Below are positions 17,130-26,577 of a stretch of DNA of 64,000 nt, piece by piece (position 1 is the stretch's first letter; every line of letters begins with the position of its first letter). The position numbers and the translations under genes are program-made. The notes under the pieces were generated by a model. The model was given only the letters and a program-made list of their open reading frames with translations. It made no database searches and was not told the origin of the DNA. The stretch covers positions 2,347 through 66,346 of the forward strand of contig JBBFLL010000002.1 in NCBI GenBank assembly GCA_037479045.1, in the 5' to 3' direction. The DNA comes from Brevinematales bacterium. GTDB lineage: Bacteria; Spirochaetota; Brevinematia; Brevinematales; JAOACQ01.

Positions 17130-18803
17130 TTATTTTGAAAATCTGTTTATGGCGGAGATTATTGCATTTAAAGATGCTGTTGTGATATTTGCATCTATTC
17201 CTACTCCAAATCGCTTTTCTCCATTTCCGTTTTCAAGGCAAATGTAAGAAACAGCTTTTGAGTCTGAACCCTGACTTAATGCATGTTCTTCATAAGTAAC
17301 GAATTTATACCTTGAAAGACCAGCATTTTGTAAGGAGTGGAAAAATGCATCAATTGGACCATTGCCTATACCCTTTGTTTCAGTTTGCTTGCCATCAATT
17401 TCAAGAGTTGAAAATATTGTGACATTATTTTCTTTCTTGCTTAAATTCTGATCTTCTTCAATCCTGTATTTTAAGAGTTTCACTGGAGATTTTGAATCAA
17501 GATATTCTTTCTTAAAAAGCTCAAAAATCTCTTCTGGTTTTAATTCTTTCCCTGTTTCGTCAGTAACTTTCTGAACAATCTGAGAAAACTCAGGGTGCAT
17601 TTCTTTTGGCAATTTAAATCCAAAATAGTGTTCCATTATGAATGCTACACCACCTTTTCCTGATTGGCTGTTTATTCTGATTATAGGTTCATATTGCCTT
17701 CCTACATCAGCAGGATCTATAGGGAGATATGGCACTTCCCAGTACTCTGGTTTTTCCACTTCGTAGTAATTCAAGCCCTTTCGTATTGCATCCTGATGTG
17801 AACCAGAAAATGCTGTGTAAACAAGTTCTCCTGCATAAGGATGTCTTGGATGAACTTTCATTCTTGTGCATCTTTCATAAACTTCTACAACTCTATTGAT
17901 GTTTGAAAAATCAAGCTGTGGATCAATGCCCTGTGAGAACATATTTAAGGCAATTGTTAAAATGTCGGCGTTACCTGTTCTTTCTCCATTACCAAACAAT
18001 GTACCTTCAATTCTGTCAGCACCAGCAAGTAAAGCAAGTTCAGAAGCAGCAACACTTGTTCCTCTGTCGTTGTGTGCATGTATGCTTATAATTACCGATT
18101 CTCTGTTTTTCAGATGTTTGATAAACCATTCTATCTGATCAGCATAGATGTTTGGTGTAGCCATTTCAACTGTAGCAGGCAAGTTTATTATCATCTTGTT
18201 TTCTGGAGTAGGCTTCCATATATCCATTACAGCTTCACAAACTTCCACAGCAAAGTCAAGTTCTGTTCCAGTAAAACTTTCTGGAGAATATTCTTTTATT
18301 ATCTTTGTCCCCTTAACTTTTTTCTCAAGTTCTTGAATTAAACTTGCTCCTTCCCTTGCTATTTCAATAACACCTCTTTTGTCAGTTTTAAAAACTACCT
18401 TTCTCTGTAAAGTAGAGGTTGAGTTATAAAGATGCACAATTGCTGTTTTAACTCCCTCAAGAGATTCAAAAGTTTTTTCTATTAAATGTTTCCTTGATTG
18501 AGTAAGAACCTGAATCTTTACATCATCAGGTATCATATTTTTCTCGACAAGGGTTCTCATAAATCTATATTCTGTTTCGGAAGCAGACGGAAATCCTACC
18601 TCTATTTCTTTGAATCCAACTTCTAAAAGTAAGTTAAAAAACTCAAGTTTTTCATGGACCCCCATTGGGATAGCAAGTGCCTGATTTCCATCTCTTAAAT
18701 CAACACTACACCAGATGGGTGCCTTTGTAATAACCTTATCAGGCCATTCTCTATTTTCCATTTTAATTTTTGGAAAAGGTTTATACTTTTTATAATTCAT
18801 CAT
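17130..18803 (-). CDS. leuA: 2-isopropylmalate synthase (long LeuA form)
   Basis: WPDKVITKAPIWCSVDLRDGNQAL, HAHNDRGT and the C-terminal regulatory domain are present. The start was chosen at ATGATG (18803), which is preceded by TAGGAGGAATTTTT. The ORF track start at 18848 lacks an RBS. Confidence 0.9.
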   Translation of the reverse strand: MMNYKKYKPFPKIKMENREWPDKVITKAPIWCSVDLRDGNQALAIPMGVHEKLEFFNLLLEVGFKEIEVGFPSASETEYRFMRTLVEKNMIPDDVKIQVLTQSRKHLIEKTFESLEGVKTAIVHLYNSTSTLQRKVVFKTDKRGVIEIAREGASLIQELEKKVKGTKIIKEYSPESFTGTELDFAVEVCEAVMDIWKPTPENKMIINLPATVEMATPNIYADQIEWFIKHLKNRESVIISIHAHNDRGTSVAASELALLAGADRIEGTLFGNGERTGNADILTIALNMFSQGIDPQLDFSNINRVVEVYERCTRMKVHPRHPYAGELVYTAFSGSHQDAIRKGLNYYEVEKPEYWEVPYLPIDPADVGRQYEPIIRINSQSGKGGVAFIMEHYFGFKLPKEMHPEFSQIVQKVTDETGKELKPEEIFELFKKEYLDSKSPVKLLKYRIEEDQNLSKKENNVTIFSTLEIDGKQTETKGIGNGPIDAFFHSLQNAGLSRYKFVTYEEHALSQGSDSKAVSYICLENGNGEKRFGVGIDANITTASLNAIISAINRFSK

Positions 18804-19212
18804 AAAAATTCCTCCTAAAATTTTATATAAATATAAAGATATAACCACTTCAACCTTTTAACAATCAAAAACATAGATAATCTACAAGCCATATAAAGAA
18901 TGATAATATAAAGGTGAGAGAGATAAAATAAGAAACGAAATGAGATGCTATTTTGTAGTTGAAGAAAACGACACGAGCCCCATAAAAACCTCCAAGTAAT
19001 TAATTATATTAATTAATCGGAAAAAAAGCAAGTTTAAGAAAGTTTTTATTTTTCTTTTTAATATCAAGCTTTTACTAAAACAAAATATTTCTTATTTAAC
19101 AGTTTTTAAAAAATATTTCAAAATCTACGTATTTTCCACGATGACAAAATTCTTATAAAAATTTAAACTATCTTTGTAAAAAAACTTTAGCTTCAAAAGG
19201 AGAAGTATAAGT

Positions 19213-20523
19213 ATGAAAAAATTATATTTTTTAATTTTATTACCCTGTCTGTTATTCTCTCAAAATGACAAAAAAACTGTTGCAGTTATCGGTTTTTTTA
19301 ACAAAGGTGAAAAAAGTGATGATTTTTATAATGAAATAATTTCGAGTTCAATTTCGAGTTTTTTGTCAAAAATAAAGGAATTAAAGGTAATACCTTATAA
19401 TGAAGTCAAAAATGTTGTTGAAAGAGAGGGATTGTTTGAGAAAAATGAATTTTCCCCTGAAAATTCAATTGATATTGGTGTAATACTTGGTGCTCAGGAA
19501 ATACTTGTGGGGGATTATTATGTAAAAAAGAGAGAAAAAGAAATAAATATAAATTTCTATATTTATGATGTGGTTAAAGGAGAACTTAAGTTGAAAAGAT
19601 CTTACAAAGGTAAAACTGATTTAGGATTTTTTGATACAATGGATAAGATGGTCTTTATAGTAGGTTCTCTTTTTATTTCAAGGCCATTGTTTGTAGGAAA
19701 AATTTTAGTTGAGGTGGATTCGCCAGATGAATATTTACTTTATATAAATGATAGTTTTCAGGATAAAATAAGTAAGGAAAAGTCATTTTCTGAAAATATT
19801 ATTGCTGAAGAAAATTTCATTCTATCTCTTAAAAAATCAAAAAATCTTGAAGAAGTATATAGAAATAATATTTTCGTGAAAAACAATGAAACCTTCTTTT
19901 TTAAGTATATACCTTCTGGAAATATTAAGATATATGCTAAAGGTTTTGAGGGTGGTGAAATTTATACCAATGAGGCTCTGTATGCAAATGTTCCAGATGA
20001 TGGAGAATGTATTATAAGTAATATCATTAGTGGGACTGAATGTGGGGTATATTTGAAGAAAGATGATCTAATTTCAGAAAAAAAGATAGTTAAAATACAA
20101 GAAGGAAAAACGAAAGAACTGACTTTTTCTATAAACAGAGCAAGAAAATTAAAAATTCCGTTGGGAAACAATTCTATAACTACTTGGAATATAACAGGTT
20201 ATATAATGAGTGGTCTTGGAGTAGTTAGCTTTGGTGTGGGATATTATTTCAACAGCGAAGCAAAAAGATATTATGATTTAACAGTAGAAAAGTATGAGGA
20301 GTATAAAACAGCCACAACTGATTTTGACGCTAAATGGAATGCTTATCAAAGTGCTTACAATAGTTTTAATACAATGTTATTAGCAAGAAATATAAGCTAT
20401 ATAAGTGGTGGAATTTTGATTGGAGGTGGATTAATATTATCCTTTTTGCCTAAAGGGAAAGATGAAAATAATTTTAAATTACAAATTCAACCTAATTATG
20501 TTGAATTAAATTTAAAATTTTAA
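19213..20523 (+). CDS. Secreted/membrane-anchored hypothetical protein (signal peptide, LpoB/CsgG-like N-domain, possible PEGA-like region, C-terminal TM)
   Basis: MKKLYFLILLPCLLFS signal. VAVIGFFNKG...ISSFLSK resembles periplasmic lipoprotein-activator folds. A hydrophobic segment lies near residue 330. SD AAAGGAGAAG lies upstream. Confidence 0.55.
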   Translation: MKKLYFLILLPCLLFSQNDKKTVAVIGFFNKGEKSDDFYNEIISSSISSFLSKIKELKVIPYNEVKNVVEREGLFEKNEFSPENSIDIGVILGAQEILVGDYYVKKREKEININFYIYDVVKGELKLKRSYKGKTDLGFFDTMDKMVFIVGSLFISRPLFVGKILVEVDSPDEYLLYINDSFQDKISKEKSFSENIIAEENFILSLKKSKNLEEVYRNNIFVKNNETFFFKYIPSGNIKIYAKGFEGGEIYTNEALYANVPDDGECIISNIISGTECGVYLKKDDLISEKKIVKIQEGKTKELTFSINRARKLKIPLGNNSITTWNITGYIMSGLGVVSFGVGYYFNSEAKRYYDLTVEKYEEYKTATTDFDAKWNAYQSAYNSFNTMLLARNISYISGGILIGGGLILSFLPKGKDENNFKLQIQPNYVELNLKF

Positions 20524-20553
20524 ATTTAAATATTTAATAGGGGGTAATGAATT

Positions 20554-22167
20554 ATGAAGTTTATAAACTTATTTTTATTATTACTTATATTTTATGGTTG
20601 TGATAGCTTTGATATTGATAGGATAAAGCATGAGAGGGATAATGAACTTGATCCAAATAAATTATTAGAAATGGTAGCTACTCCTATAATATTTCCAGAG
20701 AGTATATTACATACAAATTCGGTTTCTGTTAATATATTATGTTCTACGCCGGGGGCAACAATTTATTGGACAACAAATAATGGAGTAACTTGGACTACCG
20801 GTTATAATTTTATTCTTTCTACAGGCAGTTTATTAATTGCAAAAGCTAAAAAGTCTGGAATGATAGATTCTTTAGAAGCAACTAATCAATATAATATAGT
20901 TTATAATTTTTCAAGGACATATGGTGGGAATTTTGTTGATGAGGGAAAAATTGTTCAAAAGACGTCTGATGGTGGTTTTATAATTGGTGGTGGTACTTCA
21001 TCTTTTGGAAGCGATGATATATGGATTATAAAACTTGGGAAAGATTTTAACATTGAGTGGCAGAAAACATATGGTGGGGATAATCTTGATGATTTAGATA
21101 TAGAAAATGGTATAGGTAAGTCAGAAGGTATTTGTGAAACTTCTGATGCAGGTTATGTTGTTGCAGGCTATACGAAATCCTTTGGAGATTCAGATGGTGA
21201 TGTCTGGGTATTAAAGCTCAACAGAGATGGAAATATTAATTGGCAAAAAAGATATGGAGGAGATTCTTTTGATTGTGCCTACTCAATTCAACAAACATCT
21301 GATGGCGGTTATATTGTGGCAGGTTTAACATGGTCGTTTGGATATCAAGGGAGTTTATTAGTATTAAAACTTAATAGTTCTGGAGAGATTCAATGGGCAA
21401 AGATATATGGAGGAAATTCTTATGATTATGGATACTCAATTAAAGAGGTTTCGACAGGAGGGTATATTGTTGTAGGTCAAACATATTCTTTTGGAGGAAA
21501 TGGTGATATCTGGGTATTAAGACTTAATAATGATGGAACCATAGCTTGGCAAAAACGATATGGAGGAAATGGTGATGATAGGGCGTATTCTATTATAGAA
21601 GTAAGTGATGGGTTTATTGTTGTTGGTGATAGTGGTTACTCAGGATGTGTTTTAAAAATCCGTAGTAATGATAATGGAAGTATAGAGTCAAGTCAAATTT
21701 ATTCAAATGACAATTGTTATATTAGGTTATATTCTATACAGCAAATACCTGAAGGTTATCTGATTGTTGGAAAAAAAGGTTTTGGTATAGGTGAGGAAGC
21801 TGGAAAAGGAAATGGTTTGATATTGAAAATCAGCAATAATAATGAATTAAACATTATTTTTCAGAAGTCTTATGGAACTGAAGGAGGAGATGATACTTTT
21901 TGTTCTATTCAAGATACAGCTGATGGAGGTTTTGTTGCTCTTGGATATACAGATTCATTTAGTGAAAGTGTTGATTTATGGGTAGTTAAGCTTTTTTCAA
22001 ATGGTTACTTAACGAGTTTATTGTTTAATGAAAATATTTTTAGTTCTTATCCTTATTTTGATTCATATGATACTTCTTGTGTACCTGTTGATGTTTCTTT
22101 AACTGTAGAAGATACATATTGCAATACTTATAATACATCAGCTACTATTACACAACAAGCCCCATAA
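20554..22167 (+). CDS. Lipoprotein with chitobiase-C-like domain and ~7-8 beta-propeller (SBBP-like) repeats
   Basis: Lipobox LIFYGC. GATIYWTTNNG...AKAKKSGMIDS is present. A repeated unit occurs: YGG-x-D-x-x-SI-x-TSDGGYIVAG-x-T-x-SFG...D-x-WVLKLN-x-DG-x-I-x-WQK. Confidence 0.65.
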   Translation: MKFINLFLLLLIFYGCDSFDIDRIKHERDNELDPNKLLEMVATPIIFPESILHTNSVSVNILCSTPGATIYWTTNNGVTWTTGYNFILSTGSLLIAKAKKSGMIDSLEATNQYNIVYNFSRTYGGNFVDEGKIVQKTSDGGFIIGGGTSSFGSDDIWIIKLGKDFNIEWQKTYGGDNLDDLDIENGIGKSEGICETSDAGYVVAGYTKSFGDSDGDVWVLKLNRDGNINWQKRYGGDSFDCAYSIQQTSDGGYIVAGLTWSFGYQGSLLVLKLNSSGEIQWAKIYGGNSYDYGYSIKEVSTGGYIVVGQTYSFGGNGDIWVLRLNNDGTIAWQKRYGGNGDDRAYSIIEVSDGFIVVGDSGYSGCVLKIRSNDNGSIESSQIYSNDNCYIRLYSIQQIPEGYLIVGKKGFGIGEEAGKGNGLILKISNNNELNIIFQKSYGTEGGDDTFCSIQDTADGGFVALGYTDSFSESVDLWVVKLFSNGYLTSLLFNENIFSSYPYFDSYDTSCVPVDVSLTVEDTYCNTYNTSATITQQAP

Positions 22168-22200
22168 ATAAGTATATTTAATTTTTCAATTTCTCATCGC

Positions 22201-22229
22201 TTGACAAAAATTATTCCAGTCATTATAAT
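22201..22229 (+). promoter_or_regulatory. Perfect consensus promoter TTGACA-17-TATAAT upstream of thiG
   Basis: TTGACA 22201-22206, 17-nt spacer, TATAAT 22224-22229. SD AAGAGG precedes the ATG at 22263. Confidence 0.6.
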
Positions 22230-22262
22230 TGAGAGTAAAACTCATATCCTTAAGAGGCATCT

Positions 22263-23036
22263 ATGTTAGAAAATGATTTCCTTCTGCTTGGTGGAAGAAA
22301 GTTTAAAAGCAGATTCTTTGTTGGAACTGGAAAATTACCTTCACCAGCTATAATTAAAGATATTATAAAAGAGAGTGGCAGTGAACTTGTAACAGTTGCA
22401 TTAAGAAGGGTGAATTTTGAAGATAGAGAACATAACATTCTTGAGTATATTCCCGAGAGTGTAGTAGTAGCTATAAATACTTCTGGGGCAAGAAATGCTG
22501 ATGAAGCTATAAGAATAGCAAGAATTGCAAGAGAAGCGGGTTGTAGTAATTTTGTTAAGATAGAAGTAATTCATGATATGAAATATTTATTTCCAGACAA
22601 TGATGAGACTGTGAAAGCAACATACGTTCTTGCTAAGGAAGGTTTTGTCGTATTACCTTATGTTTTGCCAGACTTTATAATTGCTAAAAAACTTGAGGAT
22701 GCAGGGGCTTCTGCTATAATGCCTCTTGGTTCTCCAATTGGTAGTAATCAGGGTCTTAAGACAAAAGAACTCATAGAAATAATTATCGAGAATACTACAT
22801 TACCTGTTATAGTGGACGCAGGTATTGGTAAGCCTTCTCATGCTGCAGAAGCTATGGAGCTTGGTGCAGCAGCAGTTTTAGTTAATACAGCCATAGCTAC
22901 TTCTGAAGACCCTGTAATGGCAGCCAAGGCTTTTGCTCTCGGAGTTGAGGCAGGTAGAATGGCTTATATTGCTAAAATGAGAGAAGAACAGAAACTTGCA
23001 TCAGCAAGTTCTCCTTTGACTGGATTTTTGAGGTAG
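22263..23036 (+). CDS. thiG: Thiazole synthase ThiG
   Basis: 257 aa. [10 protein letters not shown], an [13 protein letters not shown]-type motif and [12 protein letters not shown] are present. Confidence 0.93.
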   Translation: MLENDFLLLGGRKFKSRFFVGTGKLPSPAIIKDIIKESGSELVTVALRRVNFEDREHNILEYIPESVVVAINTSGARNADEAIRIARIAREAGCSNFVKIEVIHDMKYLFPDNDETVKATYVLAKEGFVVLPYVLPDFIIAKKLEDAGASAIMPLGSPIGSNQGLKTKELIEIIIENTTLPVIVDAGIGKPSHAAEAMELGAAAVLVNTAIATSEDPVMAAKAFALGVEAGRMAYIAKMREEQKLASASSPLTGFLR

Positions 23037-23038
23037 AT

Positions 23039-24136
23039 ATGAGTTTTTTTGAAGTTATTCAAAAGTATAATATTGATTTTAAATCATACGAAGATAATCT
23101 TTCACTGGAAGATATAAAAAAAAGCCTTTATAAAGAAAAAAAGAATGAATTTGATTATTTGAATCTTTTGAGCTTGAAGGCTCAAAATTTTCTTGAGGAG
23201 ATGGCAAGAGAAGCTCAAAAAATCACTTTTCAGTATTTTGGCAAAACGATTCAGCTTTATGCCCCTCTTTACATTTCTGATTATTGTACTAATAGCTGTA
23301 CCTATTGTGGATTCAGTGCATTAAACAAGATAAAAAGACAGAAATTGACTCTTGAAGAAATTGAAGAAAATGCAAAAGAGATTGCAAAAACAGGTATTAA
23401 ACATGTTCTTTTTTTAACTGGGGAAGCTCCAGCTATAACTCCTATGGAATATTTGCTTGATACTGTTAAAATATTGAAAAAATATTTTTCTTCAATTTCG
23501 ATAGAAATATTTCCAATGGATGTAGAAGATTACAAAATACTTTCAGAGGCTGGTGTTGATGGGCTTACAATATATCAGGAAACCTACGATAGAGAAATTT
23601 ATGATAAAATTCATCTTGCAGGAAAGAAAAAAGATTATCTTTATAGGCTTGATACTCCTGAAAGAGGTGCTATAGCAGGCTTCAGAAGGGTTAATATAGG
23701 TGCTTTATATGGACTTGCTGATCCTGTTAAGGATGCATTTTTTTCTGGACTTCATGCTAAGTATTTACAGGATAAGTATATTGACACAGAGATAAGTATT
23801 TCATTTCCAAGAATTAATCCAGCAGAAGGAAATTTTAAGCCAGTATTTCATCTCGATGATAAAAGATTTGTGCAGTTTATATGTGCTTTAAGGCTTTTTT
23901 TACCTCGTTGTGGAATAACAATTTCAACAAGAGAAAATGCAAGAATGAGAGATAATTTAATAGGTCTTGGAATAACAAGAATGTCGGCGGGTTCAAAAAC
24001 GTCGGTTGGTGGTTATAAATATGAGAATTTGCCAAATCAATTTGAGATTTCTGATAACAGAAGTGTTTACGAAATTGAGAGAGTTATCTGGCAAAAGGGA
24101 TACGAACCAGTGTTTAAAGACTGGCATCAATTTTAA
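23039..24136 (+). CDS. thiH: 2-iminoacetate synthase ThiH (radical SAM)
   Basis: CTNSCTYCGF radical-SAM cluster motif. The gene is adjacent to thiG. Confidence 0.9.
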   Translation: MSFFEVIQKYNIDFKSYEDNLSLEDIKKSLYKEKKNEFDYLNLLSLKAQNFLEEMAREAQKITFQYFGKTIQLYAPLYISDYCTNSCTYCGFSALNKIKRQKLTLEEIEENAKEIAKTGIKHVLFLTGEAPAITPMEYLLDTVKILKKYFSSISIEIFPMDVEDYKILSEAGVDGLTIYQETYDREIYDKIHLAGKKKDYLYRLDTPERGAIAGFRRVNIGALYGLADPVKDAFFSGLHAKYLQDKYIDTEISISFPRINPAEGNFKPVFHLDDKRFVQFICALRLFLPRCGITISTRENARMRDNLIGLGITRMSAGSKTSVGGYKYENLPNQFEISDNRSVYEIERVIWQKGYEPVFKDWHQF

Positions 24137-24152
24137 AATAATGGAGTAGGCG

Positions 24153-25253
24153 ATGGGAGCATTACTTGAAAGATTTGAAGAAATGGATAATGAATTAAAA
24201 ACTGACTGGAACTATCTTAAGATTGACGATAAGTTGAAAAAGATTGAAGAATTGAAAAAAGAGTTGAATAAGGAAAATGTTTGGAGTGATCATCAAACAT
24301 TTGCTAAAATTTCAAGTGAGGTAGCTTCTCTTGAAAAAGAAGTAAAAAGCTGGGTTGAATTAAAAGAGAAAATAACTGGAAACAAAGAGCTTGTAAGTTT
24401 AGCAGAAGATGAAAATGATGAAGAAACTTTATTACACCTCTCGGAAGAGTATAATAAATTATTGAAAGAATTAAAAGGACTTGAATTTGTTTTGATGTTC
24501 AGTGGGGAATTTGATAAAAACAATGCTTTTTTGAATATTCATCCCGGAGCTGGTGGAACAGAATCAATGGATTGGGCTGATATGTTACTCAGAATGTATA
24601 TCAGATGGGCTGAAAGACACAATTTTAAGGTTGAAATTCTTGATTATCAACCTGGTGAAGTAGCTGGGGTGAAAGATGTCACAGTTTATATAAAAGGTGA
24701 TTATGCCTATGGATATTTGTCAAGTGAAAATGGAATTCATAGACTGGTAAGACATTCTCCATTTAATGCAAACGATAAAAGGCAAACTTCTTTCTGTTCT
24801 GTTACAGTTATTCCAGAAATAAATGAGGACATAAACATAGAGATAGATCCTAAGGATTTGCGAATAGATACCTATAGAGCAGGTGGAGCAGGCGGACAGT
24901 ATGTTAACAAAACTGAATCGGCAGTCCGAATTACTCATATTCCTACAGGTATAGTAGTAGCCTGTCAATCCGAAAGGTCTCAACTTCAAAATAGAGAAAC
25001 AGCAATGAAGATGCTTAAAGCAAAACTTTATGATCTTGAAAAGAGAAAAAAAGAAGAAGAAAAAGAAAAACTTACAGAAAAAAAGGCTATAAATTTTGGA
25101 AGTCAGATAAGGAGCTATGTTTTCCAACCTTATACACTTGTAAAGGATCACAGAACAGATTTTGAAAACAGAAATATTCAGGCAGTGATGGATGGAGAGA
25201 TTGACGACTTTATAATCTCCTTTTTAAAAATGAAAAACTCACAGCAGATTTGA
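24153..25253 (+). CDS. prfB: Peptide chain release factor 2 (uninterrupted frame)
   Basis: IHPGAGGTESMDWADMLLRMY, the SPF tripeptide (HSPFNANDKRQTSF) and GGQYVNKTESAVRITHIPTG (GGQ) are present. Confidence 0.95.
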   Translation: MGALLERFEEMDNELKTDWNYLKIDDKLKKIEELKKELNKENVWSDHQTFAKISSEVASLEKEVKSWVELKEKITGNKELVSLAEDENDEETLLHLSEEYNKLLKELKGLEFVLMFSGEFDKNNAFLNIHPGAGGTESMDWADMLLRMYIRWAERHNFKVEILDYQPGEVAGVKDVTVYIKGDYAYGYLSSENGIHRLVRHSPFNANDKRQTSFCSVTVIPEINEDINIEIDPKDLRIDTYRAGGAGGQYVNKTESAVRITHIPTGIVVACQSERSQLQNRETAMKMLKAKLYDLEKRKKEEEKEKLTEKKAINFGSQIRSYVFQPYTLVKDHRTDFENRNIQAVMDGEIDDFIISFLKMKNSQQI

Positions 25254-26567
25254 GGCTAACTCTGCAAGTCTTGACCTTTCTCCCTTTTCAAGGGTTATGT
25301 GTGCGTAAATTGGTTGACCTTTCATTCTGTCTATGAGGTAGGTTAAACCATTACTTCTTGAATCAAGATATGGAGTGTCTATCTGATAAGGATCTCCAGT
25401 GAAGACTATTTTTGTTCCTTCACCTGCCCTTGTTATTATGGTTTTTACTTCGTGAGGAGTAAGATTTTGAGCTTCATCGACAATAAAAAATGATTTTGAG
25501 AGACTTCTACCTCTTATATATGCTAAAGCCATAATTAATAGCCTTCCATTCTGTAGCATATCATTTATATTTTTTGCCTCTTCTGAATCCTCGTCAAACT
25601 GGTGTTGAATAACAGATAAATTGTCATATAGAGGTTGCATATACGGATCTATCTTTTTGTCAATGTCACCGGGTAAATATCCTATATCTTTGTTTGAGAG
25701 TGGAACAATTGGTCGAGCTAAAAGTATTTGCCTGTAGTGATTTCTTGTTTCGAGTGCAGCAGCAAGTGCCATCAATGTTTTTCCTGTTCCAGCTTTTCCA
25801 GAAAGTGTTACAAGTTCAACCATTGGATTTATAAGAGCATGGAGAGAAAAAATTTGTTCTGCGTTTCTTGGCTGAATACCATAGGCTCTTTTTTTCTCAA
25901 CTAATTTAAGCGTTTTATCCTGATAGGAGTAATATGCAAGTGCACTTTTAGATTGATTTTTTAAAATAAAATATTCATTAGGGTAGGGTTCATCTTCTAA
26001 ACCTAACTCTTCTATTCGTATAAAATTATTTTGAAATAAGGTGTCAATAAGTTCTGATGAACAACCTGTAATAAGTCTCTTGCCTGTATAGAGTTCATCT
26101 ATATTTTTTACTTTACCAGTTTCATAGTCTTCAGCTTTTAAGCCAATAGATTTTGCTTTCATTCGGAGGTTTATGTCTTTGGTAACCAGAATAACACGAT
26201 TTGACCCGTAAGTTTCTGAAAGATTGTATGCTACTGATAAGATTCTGTGATCAGGAGTATCTTCTGAAAAAACCTCTGCAAGTTTTTCGTTTTTTTTGAT
26301 ATTGGTAGTAATCATTATTAAGCCGTCACCCGGAAGATTTACCCCTTTATCAGGTTCCTTATCCCCAATAACTTCTTCAAGTTTTCTTGTAAATTCTCTT
26401 GCATTAAAGTTTATGAGTTCATTACCTTTTTTAAACTTATCAATTTCTTCGAGCAAAGTGATAGGTATAACAACGAGATTATCTTTGAATGAAAAAATAC
26501 AGGAATAGTCGTATAGTGGAACATTTGTATCAAGAACAAAAATTTTCTGGTCTTTTCTTAGTTTCAC
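25239..26567 (-). CDS. PIN-PhoH (PhoH2/YlaK-type) ATPase
   Basis: N-terminal PIN (IFVLDTNVPLYD, HRILSVAY) and C-terminal PhoH ATPase (GKAGTGKT, FIVDEAQNLT, GDPYQID). Confidence 0.9.
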   Translation of the reverse strand: MKLRKDQKIFVLDTNVPLYDYSCIFSFKDNLVVIPITLLEEIDKFKKGNELINFNAREFTRKLEEVIGDKEPDKGVNLPGDGLIMITTNIKKNEKLAEVFSEDTPDHRILSVAYNLSETYGSNRVILVTKDINLRMKAKSIGLKAEDYETGKVKNIDELYTGKRLITGCSSELIDTLFQNNFIRIEELGLEDEPYPNEYFILKNQSKSALAYYSYQDKTLKLVEKKRAYGIQPRNAEQIFSLHALINPMVELVTLSGKAGTGKTLMALAAALETRNHYRQILLARPIVPLSNKDIGYLPGDIDKKIDPYMQPLYDNLSVIQHQFDEDSEEAKNINDMLQNGRLLIMALAYIRGRSLSKSFFIVDEAQNLTPHEVKTIITRAGEGTKIVFTGDPYQIDTPYLDSRSNGLTYLIDRMKGQPIYAHITLEKGERSRLAELASNLL

Positions 26568-26577
26568 TTTTTCCCCC

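Noticed and set aside
18804-19212. Leader peptide, T-box or attenuator upstream of leuA, including an 11-codon minus-strand ORF MGLVSFSSTTK with a GGAGG SD (about 18953-18985)
   Set aside because: The peptide has a single Leu codon, so it does not resemble a leucine attenuator. I found no T-box consensus or specifier-loop architecture by eye. The small ORF may be fortuitous.
22168-22262. TPP riboswitch upstream of thiG
   Set aside because: The consensus promoter at 22201-22229 leaves only a ~27-nt leader. No CUGAGA or ACCUGA-type THI-box elements are present.
24153-24260. Programmed +1 frameshift in prfB
   Set aside because: The RF2 frame is uninterrupted. Where E. coli has TAT CTT TGA C, this gene has TAT CTT AAG ATT GAC, and there is no upstream SD-like element. 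This is a frameshift-free prfB, as in a minority of bacteria.
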